In this document: piece by piece, positions 44,814 through 53,965 of the stretch | Layout: each line of letters opens with the position of its first letter | How positions within the stretch are numbered: the stretch's first letter is position 1 | Origin: a virus | Lineage: Duplodnaviria > Caudoviricetes | DNA: 64,000 nt | Strand: one strand, 5' to 3' | Virus record (IMG/VR): IMGVR_UViG_3300020577_013934 | Location: 13,623 to 77,622 of that record | The notes under the pieces: generated by a model | Databases searched by the model: none | What the model saw: the letters and a program-made list of their open reading frames with translations, nothing else | Told to the model about the DNA's origin: nothing | Translations under genes and position numbers: made by a program

Positions 44814-45657
44814 GGCGCACGACCTTCTTGAGGTTCGCGATCTTCGTCGCGACCTCCTCCTGGCGCGCCACGAGCGCCGCGAACTTGGCCCGCACCTCCA
44901 TCGCCGTCTTCAGCCGTGCGGTGAGCTCGTCGGGCACGCCGACCCACGCCTCCTGCAAGGCCGCGAGCTTCGTCGCCACCTCGTCGTCGGCGGCGCCGTC
45001 GCCGAGCGCGCCCATGCGGCAGCGGTGGCGCACCGCGTTCAGCTCCGGCAGCACGTCGGCACCAAAGAGCGCGACGGCGTTCTTCTCGAACTCGTCGTGG
45101 CTCCAGCCCTGGTACCGCGCGCGCTCCGCGACGGCGCCGAGTGCGTCGTCCCACGCGAAGTTCAGCGCGTGGCGCTCGACCGCCAGCTCGCCGGCCAGCT
45201 TCTCCGCGCGCCGCAGCTCGACGAGCGGCGAGCGTCGCGGCGAGAGGAATCCGTCGATCTCGTGGGTGAGCGCCGCGACCTTCTCCTGCGCGAAGAGCGC
45301 CGGGTCCGGGGGCGGCGCGAACTCGTCGCGCAGCTCCGGGTACTCCGCCGCCGCCTGCTTCGTGTGCGCGAGCGCCACCGACTGGTGGAGGCTCGCGATC
45401 ACGGACTCGGGGTCGGCGAGCTCGAAGTTGGGCGTGCGGTCCGGCTCTCCCTTGAGCGACGCGTGCTTCTGCTCGAACGCCTTGGTGTTGGCGTTGCGGC
45501 ACAGGCGCCGGATCTGTTCGGGGTTGAGGCCGTTGTCGCGCGCGGTCTTCGTCGCGAGCTCGTTGAGCGGCGCGCCGTTCTGATCGCGGCCGGCCCAGTA
45601 AGCACGCGCGATAGCGGTCGCCTCGCGGTCGAAGTCAGCGTTGTCCCATGTAGCCAT
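44806..45657 (-). CDS. Putative head-internal helical protein
   Basis: Eight K-x-A sites; GAGG RBS. Confidence 0.6.
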   Translation of the reverse strand: MATWDNADFDREATAIARAYWAGRDQNGAPLNELATKTARDNGLNPEQIRRLCRNANTKAFEQKHASLKGEPDRTPNFELADPESVIASLHQSVALAHTKQAAAEYPELRDEFAPPPDPALFAQEKVAALTHEIDGFLSPRRSPLVELRRAEKLAGELAVERHALNFAWDDALGAVAERARYQGWSHDEFEKNAVALFGADVLPELNAVRHRCRMGALGDGAADDEVATKLAALQEAWVGVPDELTARLKTAMEVRAKFAALVARQEEVATKIANLKKVVRHG

Positions 45658-45685
45658 CGGCGTGCCTCAAAGGTAAGGGGCGTTT

Positions 45686-46390
45686 TCAGCCCTTGATGAT
45701 CTCGTCCCGCGTCACGCCGAGCTCCTCGGGCGTCTTCGTAGAGCTTTTGCTCGTGAGGGCGAACTCCAACGCCGCGAGCGCGTCGGAGACGCGGTTGGCG
45801 GCGGTCGCGCCCTTGATCGTGGCGGCCGTCGCGGCGGCGGCGCGCCCCCACTTGAACGACTCCTGGGCGACCTTGCTGGTGATGGGCTTGCCGCGATGCT
45901 CGAACGCGCGGCTGTGCGCCTCGCCCATCATGTCCTCCAACACCACCTGGGGGTCGGGTGCGGTGCGCGGCGTGAGCCGGTAGCGGTCGAGCAGACGCGG
46001 CGCGCCCTCCACGAGGGCCAGCTCGTAGATCTCGCGCTCGTCCTTCGTCAGCCGCAGCTGCTGGACGTACTGGCGCATCGCGAAGACGCTGCCGAACACC
46101 GCGCGGTCGAAGAAGAGGGTGCGGTAAACGGCGTAAACCCCCTCGCGCAGCTCCAGCGCCGCCTCGACCTCGGTGTCTTTGGCCACGCACAGGCACAGCG
46201 CGTCCATGACGTGGCGGTACGACGAGCGGAAGATCTCGTAGGCCGTCGTCACGACCGGATCGTCCGCCTGACCGCGCAGCACGCGGAAGAGCGCGAGGTC
46301 GAGCGCCTCCGTCGGCGGCTCAACGCCCGTCTTCTCCGCGAGCGCCGCGATCTCTTCGTACTTGTGCCATGGCGCGACAGCGGGCTGCAT
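45686..46390 (-). CDS. Hypothetical helical protein
   Basis: GC3-rich ORF in the block; start uncertain. Confidence 0.55.
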   Translation of the reverse strand: MQPAVAPWHKYEEIAALAEKTGVEPPTEALDLALFRVLRGQADDPVVTTAYEIFRSSYRHVMDALCLCVAKDTEVEAALELREGVYAVYRTLFFDRAVFGSVFAMRQYVQQLRLTKDEREIYELALVEGAPRLLDRYRLTPRTAPDPQVVLEDMMGEAHSRAFEHRGKPITSKVAQESFKWGRAAAATAATIKGATAANRVSDALAALEFALTSKSSTKTPEELGVTRDEIIKG

Positions 46391-46400
46391 GATGAGTTGA

Positions 46401-49055
46401 TTATGCTGAGCGCGCACCAGCCGGCAACAGCTGGTCGCCGTACTGCTCCAGCGACAGCACCGCGTCGCCCAGCATGCGGAACACGTCGCGCACGACCTGC
46501 TCCAGCGAGGTGTACGCCTCCTCGCCGATCCGCTCGCGGATCTGCTTGCTCTTCACGTAGAGCAGCAGCAGCGTGCGCCCGAGGCGGTCGAGCGCGTTGT
46601 CGAGCGACGGCGTGTAGTTCTGGAGCAGGTCGCGGATGCTGCGCACGTTGGCGAGCGACGCCACGGCCGACGCGTCGAACACGCCGTCCTGCTCCAGCTG
46701 CATCGCCTGATCCAGAAACTGCGGCGCGACCTGCTCGCCGAAGAGCGCCGGGTTCGGCTCCTTCGGCATCACGGGCTGCGGCATCGGCGCCGGCTGGCCG
46801 CCCATGGCGTTCGGGTCGCCGCCCTGCATCGCCATGGCGTTCGGGTCGCCGCTCTGCATCGGCGTGCCCTGCATCGGCGCGCCCTGCATCGGAGCGCCCT
46901 GCATCGGCGCGCCCTGCATCGGAGCGCCCTGCATCGGCGCGCCCTGGCCCTGCGGCGCGCCCTGCGCGGACATGCCGGGCACCGGCGCCATCGCCGGCTG
47001 ACCCATCACGTCTTGCGCGGGGCCCGCCATCATGCCCGCCGCGCCCATCGGCGCAGCCATCGCGCCGCCGCCCTGGTCGATGCCCTGGGCGCGGCCCTGA
47101 AGCTCGGTGAGCATCTGGCGCATCTGGTCGAGGCTCTGCTGCTGCTGGTCGATCAGCTGCAACTTCTCCGAGATCGCGAGGTCGATCCCCGTCGGCGGCG
47201 GGGGGGCCTGCATGGCGGCCATCGCGTTCGGGTCCATGGCCATCGCGTTCGGGTCCTGGTTCGGGTCCGCGCCCGCGTCCTCGCCCCCGCCGCCGCCCTT
47301 CGGTGCCGCCGTCTTAGGCGTCGCCCACGCGTTCAGCGGCAGGCCGTTGGACACGGCCTCGACCACGCGCGAGGCGTCCGGGACGCTTACGCCGTACAGG
47401 TTCGCGACCTTCACCACCGCTTCGAGCACCGACAGCTTGGCGCGGTCGTCGCCGACGCGGAAGCCGTCGTGGTCGCGCGCGACCTTGATGCGCGCGGCGC
47501 CGGTCTTCTCGATCTGCGCGTCGAGCGCGCGCCCGATCAGCTGCGGACGCGCGAGCACGTCGCGCTCGGCCAGCTGCTCCTTGATCGGGAACCAGCGGTA
47601 GCTCTGCGGGAAGACCATCACGTTCTGCGCGGGCGGCGCCACGATCTTCGAGCCGCGCATCTTCTTCGAGATCACGGCCGTCATGTTGTAGCCGGCGCCG
47701 AACGAAACCATGTCGCCGCGCGCGGTGGGCTGCTCGGCGAAGAACGGCTCCGTCGCGCGCAGCGTCAGGTCCTCGGACGAGATCAGCACGCCCTGCTGGT
47801 TGGCCTGCGGGCTCTCGCGCGTCATCGACTTGAGCATCGCCGCGACCTCGTCGAACGACTCGCTCACGACGGGCTCCGCAACGAGCTCCGACACGCACCC
47901 GCCGCGCCCGTCGGCGAGCAGCACGAGGTACTTGCGGTCTCCGCCACCGTAGGGCGGCGGCACGTCGTTGATCGTCTTGCGGTTGTACGCGCCGTACGCC
48001 ATCGCCTGATGGTCGGTCTTCGGCGGCGAGACGCAGACCGGGTGCGGCACGACCAGCGCCTTCGCGCTCGTGCCGTCCGCGAGGTACACGCGGTAGACGC
48101 CGGGGTACTCCGGGGCCGTCAGCGCGAGCGTCTCCTCGGCGCCCACGGCGATGTCGTTGAGCGCGCCGCTGCGGCGGTCCTTGATGTAGAAGCCGTGGTA
48201 GCGCAGCGCCTTGTACGCCTCGGGCACGTCGCCCGGCGCGATCTCCTTGCGGATCTCCTGGAGCGGCATGCCCGCGACCGCGAGGTAGACGTCGTGCTTC
48301 TGCGGCACCTCGGTGCGGAACTCCGCCGCCGTCTTCGCGGGCGCCTCCGCGACCGCGAACGCGTCGCGCAGCGTCGCCGCGCCGTAGACCTCGGCCATCT
48401 TGCGGAGGTAACGCGGACGCTTCGCCAGCCAATTCGCGAACGCCGTCTTCACGCCGTCCGGCATGCGACTCACGACCTCGGGGAAGACGTGCGGGGCGTC
48501 GTCCGCCGCGCGCTTCTCGTTCTCGTAGGCCGCGCGGAACACGTCGAGCAGCTCGTCGTCGGTGATCGACGCCGGGTCGAACTCGTCGGCGTAGCTGTAG
48601 CGTCCCGTCGTCGGCGGGACCACGACGTTGCGGATGTCGACGTCGGTGTTGAGGTCCTTCGGCGGCTCGATGCCCTGGCCGAGCGAGCTGACGCCGCCCG
48701 ACGTGGCCTTCTCGATCCACTCGGTCGTCAGCGGGTAGAACCGGTCCTTCGACCGGACGTACATCATGTCGAGGGGCTTTACGGCGTTATCTGCGATCAC
48801 CGCCGGCACGAACAGCACCTCGGGTCCGCGCTTGAGGATGAACGCGCCGACGCCCTCGCCGGCCGGCGCGTCGGTCGCCAACACGCGGAACGACACGAGG
48901 TCGCCGTACAGCTCGGGGTGGGTCTTCTGGAACGCCCGGTACGCGAGGTCCGAGAAGCCCTTGGAGAAGAGCTCCTCCTCGTCGTCGGGGCTCGTGGGCT
49001 GTGCGAAGCCCTGCGTGCGGGGCGACTGCGAGAGTGGGAAGCCGTTCATGGTCAT
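46401..49055 (-). CDS. Large putative head-internal protein with Met/Gln/Gly/Pro low-complexity region
   Basis: AGGAGA RBS to ATG 49055; 884 aa; KRAA, KTAF, KTAA sites. Confidence 0.65.
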   Translation of the reverse strand: MTMNGFPLSQSPRTQGFAQPTSPDDEEELFSKGFSDLAYRAFQKTHPELYGDLVSFRVLATDAPAGEGVGAFILKRGPEVLFVPAVIADNAVKPLDMMYVRSKDRFYPLTTEWIEKATSGGVSSLGQGIEPPKDLNTDVDIRNVVVPPTTGRYSYADEFDPASITDDELLDVFRAAYENEKRAADDAPHVFPEVVSRMPDGVKTAFANWLAKRPRYLRKMAEVYGAATLRDAFAVAEAPAKTAAEFRTEVPQKHDVYLAVAGMPLQEIRKEIAPGDVPEAYKALRYHGFYIKDRRSGALNDIAVGAEETLALTAPEYPGVYRVYLADGTSAKALVVPHPVCVSPPKTDHQAMAYGAYNRKTINDVPPPYGGGDRKYLVLLADGRGGCVSELVAEPVVSESFDEVAAMLKSMTRESPQANQQGVLISSEDLTLRATEPFFAEQPTARGDMVSFGAGYNMTAVISKKMRGSKIVAPPAQNVMVFPQSYRWFPIKEQLAERDVLARPQLIGRALDAQIEKTGAARIKVARDHDGFRVGDDRAKLSVLEAVVKVANLYGVSVPDASRVVEAVSNGLPLNAWATPKTAAPKGGGGGEDAGADPNQDPNAMAMDPNAMAAMQAPPPPTGIDLAISEKLQLIDQQQQSLDQMRQMLTELQGRAQGIDQGGGAMAAPMGAAGMMAGPAQDVMGQPAMAPVPGMSAQGAPQGQGAPMQGAPMQGAPMQGAPMQGAPMQGTPMQSGDPNAMAMQGGDPNAMGGQPAPMPQPVMPKEPNPALFGEQVAPQFLDQAMQLEQDGVFDASAVASLANVRSIRDLLQNYTPSLDNALDRLGRTLLLLYVKSKQIRERIGEEAYTSLEQVVRDVFRMLGDAVLSLEQYGDQLLPAGARSA
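46801..46946 (-). repeat. Coding tandem repeats: 30-bp unit x2 and 15-bp unit (GAPMQ) about x6
   Basis: gccctgcatcggcgc units at about 46856-46946; ccatggcgttcgggtcgccgc.ctgcatcg twice. Confidence 0.9.
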
Positions 49056-49077
49056 CGGGGTGGGTCTCCTCAAAAGC

Positions 49078-49114
49078 GAACGCCTGCTGCCGAAGTATAC
49101 GGCAGCAGGCGTTC
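49078..49114 (-). promoter_or_regulatory. 15-bp perfect hairpin with TATACTT loop (terminator and/or promoter)
   Basis: gaacgcctgctgccg-TATACTT-cggcagcaggcgttc then gcttttg on the minus strand, between two genes. Confidence 0.6.
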
Positions 49115-49147
49115 AGACCCAGCGCGACGCGGCTTTGGGCTTCGCGA

Positions 49148-50764
49148 TCAGCCCTGGCGCAGCTGCGCCACGTAGCCCTCGCGCAGCTCTTCCGGCATGC
49201 CCGCGAGCGCGATCACGTGGGCGCGCTTCTCGTTCTGCGACATCGTCGCCGGGAGCTGGCCGCCCCACTTCGCCGCCGCTGCCTTCACGGTGGCGTCGAA
49301 GCTCGCGCTCTTGGTCTCGCGCGCAGGCGTGGTGTCGGGGTTGGTCTTCTCCGGCCCCTTCGGCGCGTCCATCGAGGCGCCGACGTGCCCCACGTTGGGC
49401 ATGTCGGTCTTGCCGTTGCCCTTGAGGTACTCCTCGGTCTTGCGGTTCTCCTGGTCGAGCTCCGCGTTGGCGTTGTCCTTCGCCGCGCTCTCGGGCGTGT
49501 TCTCGCCCACGTCGTTCAGCGAGCCGTCCGCCGCCGCCTTCAGCACGGCGAGCAGCTGCGCCTCCTTCGAGGACTCGTCCTTGCCCTTGCTGGCGGCGTG
49601 CATGGCCGCCGCACCGCCGGCCGCGCCCACGGCCGCGCCCACGGCCGCGCCGGGCCCGTGCTTCTTGGCCGCGCTCGCGATGGCGCCGCCCGCGTTCTTG
49701 GCCTTGTCCTTGGCCTTCGCCGCCGCCGCGCCGACCGCGCCCTTCGCCTTGGTCGCCGCGCCGCTCACGGCCTTGCCCGCGTCCTTGGCCTTGCCCTTGA
49801 GGCCCTTCATCAGGTCCTTCATGGCCGCGACCTTCGGGTCGGACTCGCCGCCCTCGTCGCCGCCCATGTCGGGCGGGCCGTGGTCGTCGCCGCCGTCGGG
49901 CGCGCCGTCGTCGTCGTCGCCGTCGAGCAACCCGTGCTCCATGAGCACCTGCTCGATCGCCGCGACGAGCGCCGGGTCGGGCTCGGCGCCGTGCGCCTGC
50001 TGCGCGCCCATCACGTGGTCGAGCATCCCGTCGAGCTCCTCGGCGGTCTTCACGTTCTGGACGATGTGCGCCATCACTTCGAGGCCGGCCGTCCCGCCCT
50101 CGGCGAGCGCCGCCGACGCGAGCACCAGCTTCGGCGTCACCGCCGCCTCGCGCTTCGCGAGGCCCTGCACGAACGTCGCGGCGCGCGCGACCTTCTCCTG
50201 GGCCTGCTTGTCGAGGTGCGTGAGGCTGTTGTTGATGGCCGGGCCCTTGGGCGCCATCGGGTGCGGCATCTGCTTGCCGATCACGCCGCCCTCGGGCATG
50301 TCGGTCTTGCCCATGCCGACGAGGTACTGGAGCGACGACCGGTTCTTCTGGTCGAGTGCCGCGACCGCGCTGGTCTGCGTCGCGCTCTCCGGCGTGTTGG
50401 TGCCGGTGCCGTTCAGCGACGCCTCCTCCGCCGTCTTGTCCATCATGAACGCGGCGATCTTCATCGCGCGCTCCTCCAGCGGCATGTGCGACGCCTGCTT
50501 CGCCATCGCCTGGAGCGACGCCGAGGGGGCGTGGCCGCGCTTCACCGCCTCGTCCGACGCGTCGATGAGCCACTGGCCCATCTTCACGTAGGTGTCGTTC
50601 GGCAGCGGGCCTTCCAGGACCTGCGGCAACCCGAGGTCGGTCGCGATCTTGTCGAAGACCCCGATGGCGAGGTCGTCGTTCGCGAAGGGCGCCATGCGCC
50701 CGGCGTCGGACATGCCGTCGGCCATGCCCTTGAGAAGCGTGCGGGTGAACAGAGTCGTCGTCAT
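49148..50764 (-). CDS. Putative head-internal protein with an internal about 40-aa duplication
   Basis: AAGGAG RBS; SLN...NTPESA...LDQ.NR...YL.G.GKTDMP twice; about ten K-x-A sites. Confidence 0.65.
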   Translation of the reverse strand: MTTTLFTRTLLKGMADGMSDAGRMAPFANDDLAIGVFDKIATDLGLPQVLEGPLPNDTYVKMGQWLIDASDEAVKRGHAPSASLQAMAKQASHMPLEERAMKIAAFMMDKTAEEASLNGTGTNTPESATQTSAVAALDQKNRSSLQYLVGMGKTDMPEGGVIGKQMPHPMAPKGPAINNSLTHLDKQAQEKVARAATFVQGLAKREAAVTPKLVLASAALAEGGTAGLEVMAHIVQNVKTAEELDGMLDHVMGAQQAHGAEPDPALVAAIEQVLMEHGLLDGDDDDGAPDGGDDHGPPDMGGDEGGESDPKVAAMKDLMKGLKGKAKDAGKAVSGAATKAKGAVGAAAAKAKDKAKNAGGAIASAAKKHGPGAAVGAAVGAAGGAAAMHAASKGKDESSKEAQLLAVLKAAADGSLNDVGENTPESAAKDNANAELDQENRKTEEYLKGNGKTDMPNVGHVGASMDAPKGPEKTNPDTTPARETKSASFDATVKAAAAKWGGQLPATMSQNEKRAHVIALAGMPEELREGYVAQLRQG

Positions 50765-50795
50765 TGGGGGGTGCTCCTTGGCTCCAGTGCGTAGT

Positions 50796-51440
50796 CTAGG
50801 TCGCGGGGGTCGTGTCGTCAGTCATCGCGAGCGGGGAGTTGCTCTTCCACGCGCGCATCAGGTGCTTCGGCACGTCGAGCTCGATGTTCTCGGGCGTCGG
50901 CGCCGGGGCGGGCCTGGGGTCGAACTTCGAGCCGACGTAGCGCGCGGCGCCCTGGACCGCCCCCTGGAGGGGAATGCCGAGCAGGCCGAGGCGGGCCGTG
51001 AACGGCGCCGCCGCCATGCCCGCCACGGCGTGCGCGATGTCGCCTTTGCGCGTCTCGGGGTCGCCGCGCAGCGCGACGTTGCCCAACTCCAGCGCCGGCA
51101 TACCCACCGACAGGGCCTTGAGCCACGTCGGCGAACCCGGCGAGAGGTAGAAGTCCTTGGCGTGGCCGCCCATCGTGCGCGCGACGCTGCCGGTCTGCTT
51201 GTAGCGGTCGCGCAGCTGCTGCGCCACCGTGATCGGGCTGCCGAACACGGCCTCGCGCCCGAACTCGGCGACGTGCTTGCCGAACGCCTTGGCCTTGTTG
51301 GCGATTCCGGGCGCGGCGGGGGCCACGGCGTGCTCGCGGAACAGGTCCTTGAGCCCGTACCGTCCGAGCACGCGCGCCCGTGCCGCTGTCTTTACGGCGT
51401 TCAGCCGCTCCGCGAAGTCAGAATGCACCGCCGGCTCCAT
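50796..51440 (-). CDS. Putative head-internal protein
   Basis: KTAARARVLGRYGL motif; Gly-zipper segments; start re-assigned to ATG 51440. Confidence 0.55.
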   Translation of the reverse strand: MEPAVHSDFAERLNAVKTAARARVLGRYGLKDLFREHAVAPAAPGIANKAKAFGKHVAEFGREAVFGSPITVAQQLRDRYKQTGSVARTMGGHAKDFYLSPGSPTWLKALSVGMPALELGNVALRGDPETRKGDIAHAVAGMAAAPFTARLGLLGIPLQGAVQGAARYVGSKFDPRPAPAPTPENIELDVPKHLMRAWKSNSPLAMTDDTTPAT

Positions 51441-53217
51441 GGTGAAGTTCCGCGCCGAAAGCATACGCCGGCACCGGGTGCGTGCCGTGGATGTCGGCGG
51501 TCTCGCCGAAGTGCGCCGCCTCCTGGATCGTGCTCTTGAGGTAGCGGTGCGCCAACCGCGCCATCCAGTCCTTCTCCAGCAGCGGGTTCATCGTGAACGG
51601 CTTCATGACGAACTCGACCGGCGGCATGCTGCGGTTGACGTAGACCTCCGCGACGCCGTGCGCCTTGAGCTCGCGCGCCAGGGCCGGCGTGACGGGCGTG
51701 CCCACGGTGTGGTGCAGCACCTCCTGCCCGAGGCGCTGCCCCACGGCGTCGGCGACCGGCACGCGCGTCGTGCCCGCGCGGTACGCCTCGCGGAAGGCGT
51801 TGTAGTTGACGATGTCGCCCTTGAGCAGCTCCGGGTGGTCGGGGTCCGCGTCGAGGAGCCGCACGTGGTTGATCTCGCTCTTGGCGAGCAGCTCCAGGTG
51901 GCGCCGGTCGAGGTTGATGCCCTCGTTCTTGTACAGGCCGTGCAGCGCGTCGACGAAGTACGCGCGCCCGGCGCCGAGCCCCTTGTAGCCGACGACCTTC
52001 GCCGGGTGCGGTACGCCGCTCGTCAGCGCGTCGCCGCGCTCGACGACGTCGCCGACCTTCGCGCGTAGTGTCAGGTCGGGCCCGGCGTAGACCTTCTTCG
52101 CTCCGAGGTGGACGTAGTGGCCGCCCTGCGGCGCCGCCTCGATCTTCGTGACGGTGCCGTGCTCGGGCGCGAGCACCGCCTCGTGGCGAAACGCCGCCGG
52201 CACCTCCAGCATCTGCCGCACGCCCTTGAGCCCCGTCGGCGCCTTGTCGGTCGCCTTCACGGTCAGCGTGCCGTGGCGCGACGACAGCGCCATCTGCGTC
52301 AGCGGCTCGGCCATCGCCTGCGCGGCGCGCACGCCCACGGTCATGCCGATCGGGTGCAGCTGCCCCTTCTCGTTGTGGCCCTGGCACATCTGGCAGACGC
52401 CGTGCTGCGCGACGCACGTCATCGGCGACCGCACGAGCAACCGGTCGACGTGCTTCGCCTTGAGCTGCTGCACGAGCTGCGGCGTGACGAGCGTGTTGCG
52501 CGGCAGGCCGTGGTCGGCCTGGGTGTAGCGGTCGAGCACGTGCCCGTCGTCGACCGACATCTTTACGCCGTTCACGGTGCCGCAGTCGTTCGTCGTCACG
52601 ACCTTCGAGATCATGTTGGCGACGAGCACCTTCGCCATCTCGCCCGGCTCCGAGACCGAGATGCGGGCCTTGACCTCGTTCTCGCGGATCTCGGGCCCCG
52701 TCATCCAGTACTGCGCGGGCGTCAGGCCCTCGGCGTACGACCGGTCGATCAGCTGGTGGAGCACGCCGTGCTTCGGGTGCACCGTCGCGAGCGGCGTCGC
52801 CACGATCTTCATCAGCTGCGCCGGATTGCCGCGCGCGCCCGAGAGCGCCATGTGGGTCATCGAGCCGGGGTGCTGCTTGGTGTGCGCGAGCAGCTGCTCC
52901 TGCGTCTCGACGATCACGCGCTCACGCGCGGCGGGGTCCTTGAGCTTCTCCAGCTTCGCGAGCGCCGGCCGCACGATCGCGTCGCGGGCCTCGTAGTCGG
53001 GCTCGATGTCGTCAAGCCCGACCGAGATGCCCTCCAGCGTCGCGATCTCGTCGCCGCGACGCTTGAGCGCGAGCACCGTCGAGACGTACTTCTGGGGGTC
53101 GGCCTTCGCGAGACCGACGACGTGGTCGTGCAGCGCCTTGTTCGTGAGTGGGCCCGTGATCTCGTAGCCCTTGGGCATCACGTCGTTGATCAGGAACTGT
53201 CCGACCGTCGTCGCCAT
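51418..53217 (-). CDS. rpoC: Phage multisubunit RNA polymerase, beta-prime C-terminal half
   Basis: TTVGQFLIN, GISVGLDD, MALSGARG, YAEGLT, NDCGT, RSPMTC..GVCQMC, AAQAMAEPLTQMALSSRH (trigger loop). Confidence 0.92.
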   Translation of the reverse strand: MATTVGQFLINDVMPKGYEITGPLTNKALHDHVVGLAKADPQKYVSTVLALKRRGDEIATLEGISVGLDDIEPDYEARDAIVRPALAKLEKLKDPAARERVIVETQEQLLAHTKQHPGSMTHMALSGARGNPAQLMKIVATPLATVHPKHGVLHQLIDRSYAEGLTPAQYWMTGPEIRENEVKARISVSEPGEMAKVLVANMISKVVTTNDCGTVNGVKMSVDDGHVLDRYTQADHGLPRNTLVTPQLVQQLKAKHVDRLLVRSPMTCVAQHGVCQMCQGHNEKGQLHPIGMTVGVRAAQAMAEPLTQMALSSRHGTLTVKATDKAPTGLKGVRQMLEVPAAFRHEAVLAPEHGTVTKIEAAPQGGHYVHLGAKKVYAGPDLTLRAKVGDVVERGDALTSGVPHPAKVVGYKGLGAGRAYFVDALHGLYKNEGINLDRRHLELLAKSEINHVRLLDADPDHPELLKGDIVNYNAFREAYRAGTTRVPVADAVGQRLGQEVLHHTVGTPVTPALARELKAHGVAEVYVNRSMPPVEFVMKPFTMNPLLEKDWMARLAHRYLKSTIQEAAHFGETADIHGTHPVPAYAFGAELHHGAGGAF

Positions 53218-53249
53218 GGCCAAAGGTTACGCGCTCGCCGACGCGGCGC

Positions 53250-53588
53250 CTACTGCTGTTGCTGCGACGCGGCCTGCCCCGCGCCGAACATCCGCCCCGC
53301 GCCGTACGCCGCCGCGCCGCCGGCCGCCGCCGCGCCGAGCGCCTTGCCCGCCGCCGGCACGCCGCCCGCACGCTGGAACCCCTTGGCGCCGGCCGCGATA
53401 CCCTTGCCGAGGTTTTGCATCATGCTGCCGCCGCCGTGCTGGTACGCCTTGGTGCCCGCGCCGAGCGCGCGCGTCGCCGCCCCGCCGAGCGTCGACAGGA
53501 CGCCGCTGAGCTTGTCCAGGCCGTACCGGGCCAACACCTTCTGCGCGCCGCGCGCCCGCGCGGCGTCGAGCGCCTCCTTCGTGATCAT
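53250..53588 (-). CDS. Small Gly/Ala-rich protein with RYGL motif
   Basis: TGATG coupling; ARARGAQKVLARYGLDKLS; Gly zippers. Confidence 0.6.
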   Translation of the reverse strand: MITKEALDAARARGAQKVLARYGLDKLSGVLSTLGGAATRALGAGTKAYQHGGGSMMQNLGKGIAAGAKGFQRAGGVPAAGKALGAAAAGGAAAYGAGRMFGAGQAASQQQQ

Positions 53589-53965
53589 CAGACTCCTCCG
53601 TACGTGATGTTGCGGCTCAGGCCGTTGCGGTCGCCCGGTTCGTTCGGCATGCCCATTGGCGCGCCCCACAGCGAGTCACCCGTGCGCTTCGGCGCGACCG
53701 GCTCGTCGCCGTAGCCGAAGTTGCTCTGGGCGAAGAGCTTCGCCAGCGCCTCGATCGGTTCGCCCGACTCGTCGAGCAGGGCGTACTTGGCGGCGACCTT
53801 GCGGATCGCGCGCGACCGGGCCTCGCTCGCGAGCTTCTGCTTGGCGGCGTCGCCGAAGCTCTTCGTTACGCCGTAAAAGCCCGGCTCCTTGTCGAAGTGG
53901 AAGCCGCGCTGGCGCTTCTTGAGGCGCGTCGTGACGCCGCGCGCGATGTTCTTGAGGTCAGGCAT
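53588..53965 (-). CDS. Small basic hypothetical protein
   Basis: TGATG coupling; RAIRKVAAKYAL motif. Confidence 0.55.
   Translation of the reverse strand: MPDLKNIARGVTTRLKKRQRGFHFDKEPGFYGVTKSFGDAAKQKLASEARSRAIRKVAAKYALLDESGEPIEALAKLFAQSNFGYGDEPVAPKRTGDSLWGAPMGMPNEPGDRNGLSRNITYGGV

Noticed and set aside
46801-46946. Tandem repeat as a CRISPR or non-coding VNTR
   Set aside because: Units are 15 and 30 bp without spacers and are in frame within the CDS (GAPMQ)
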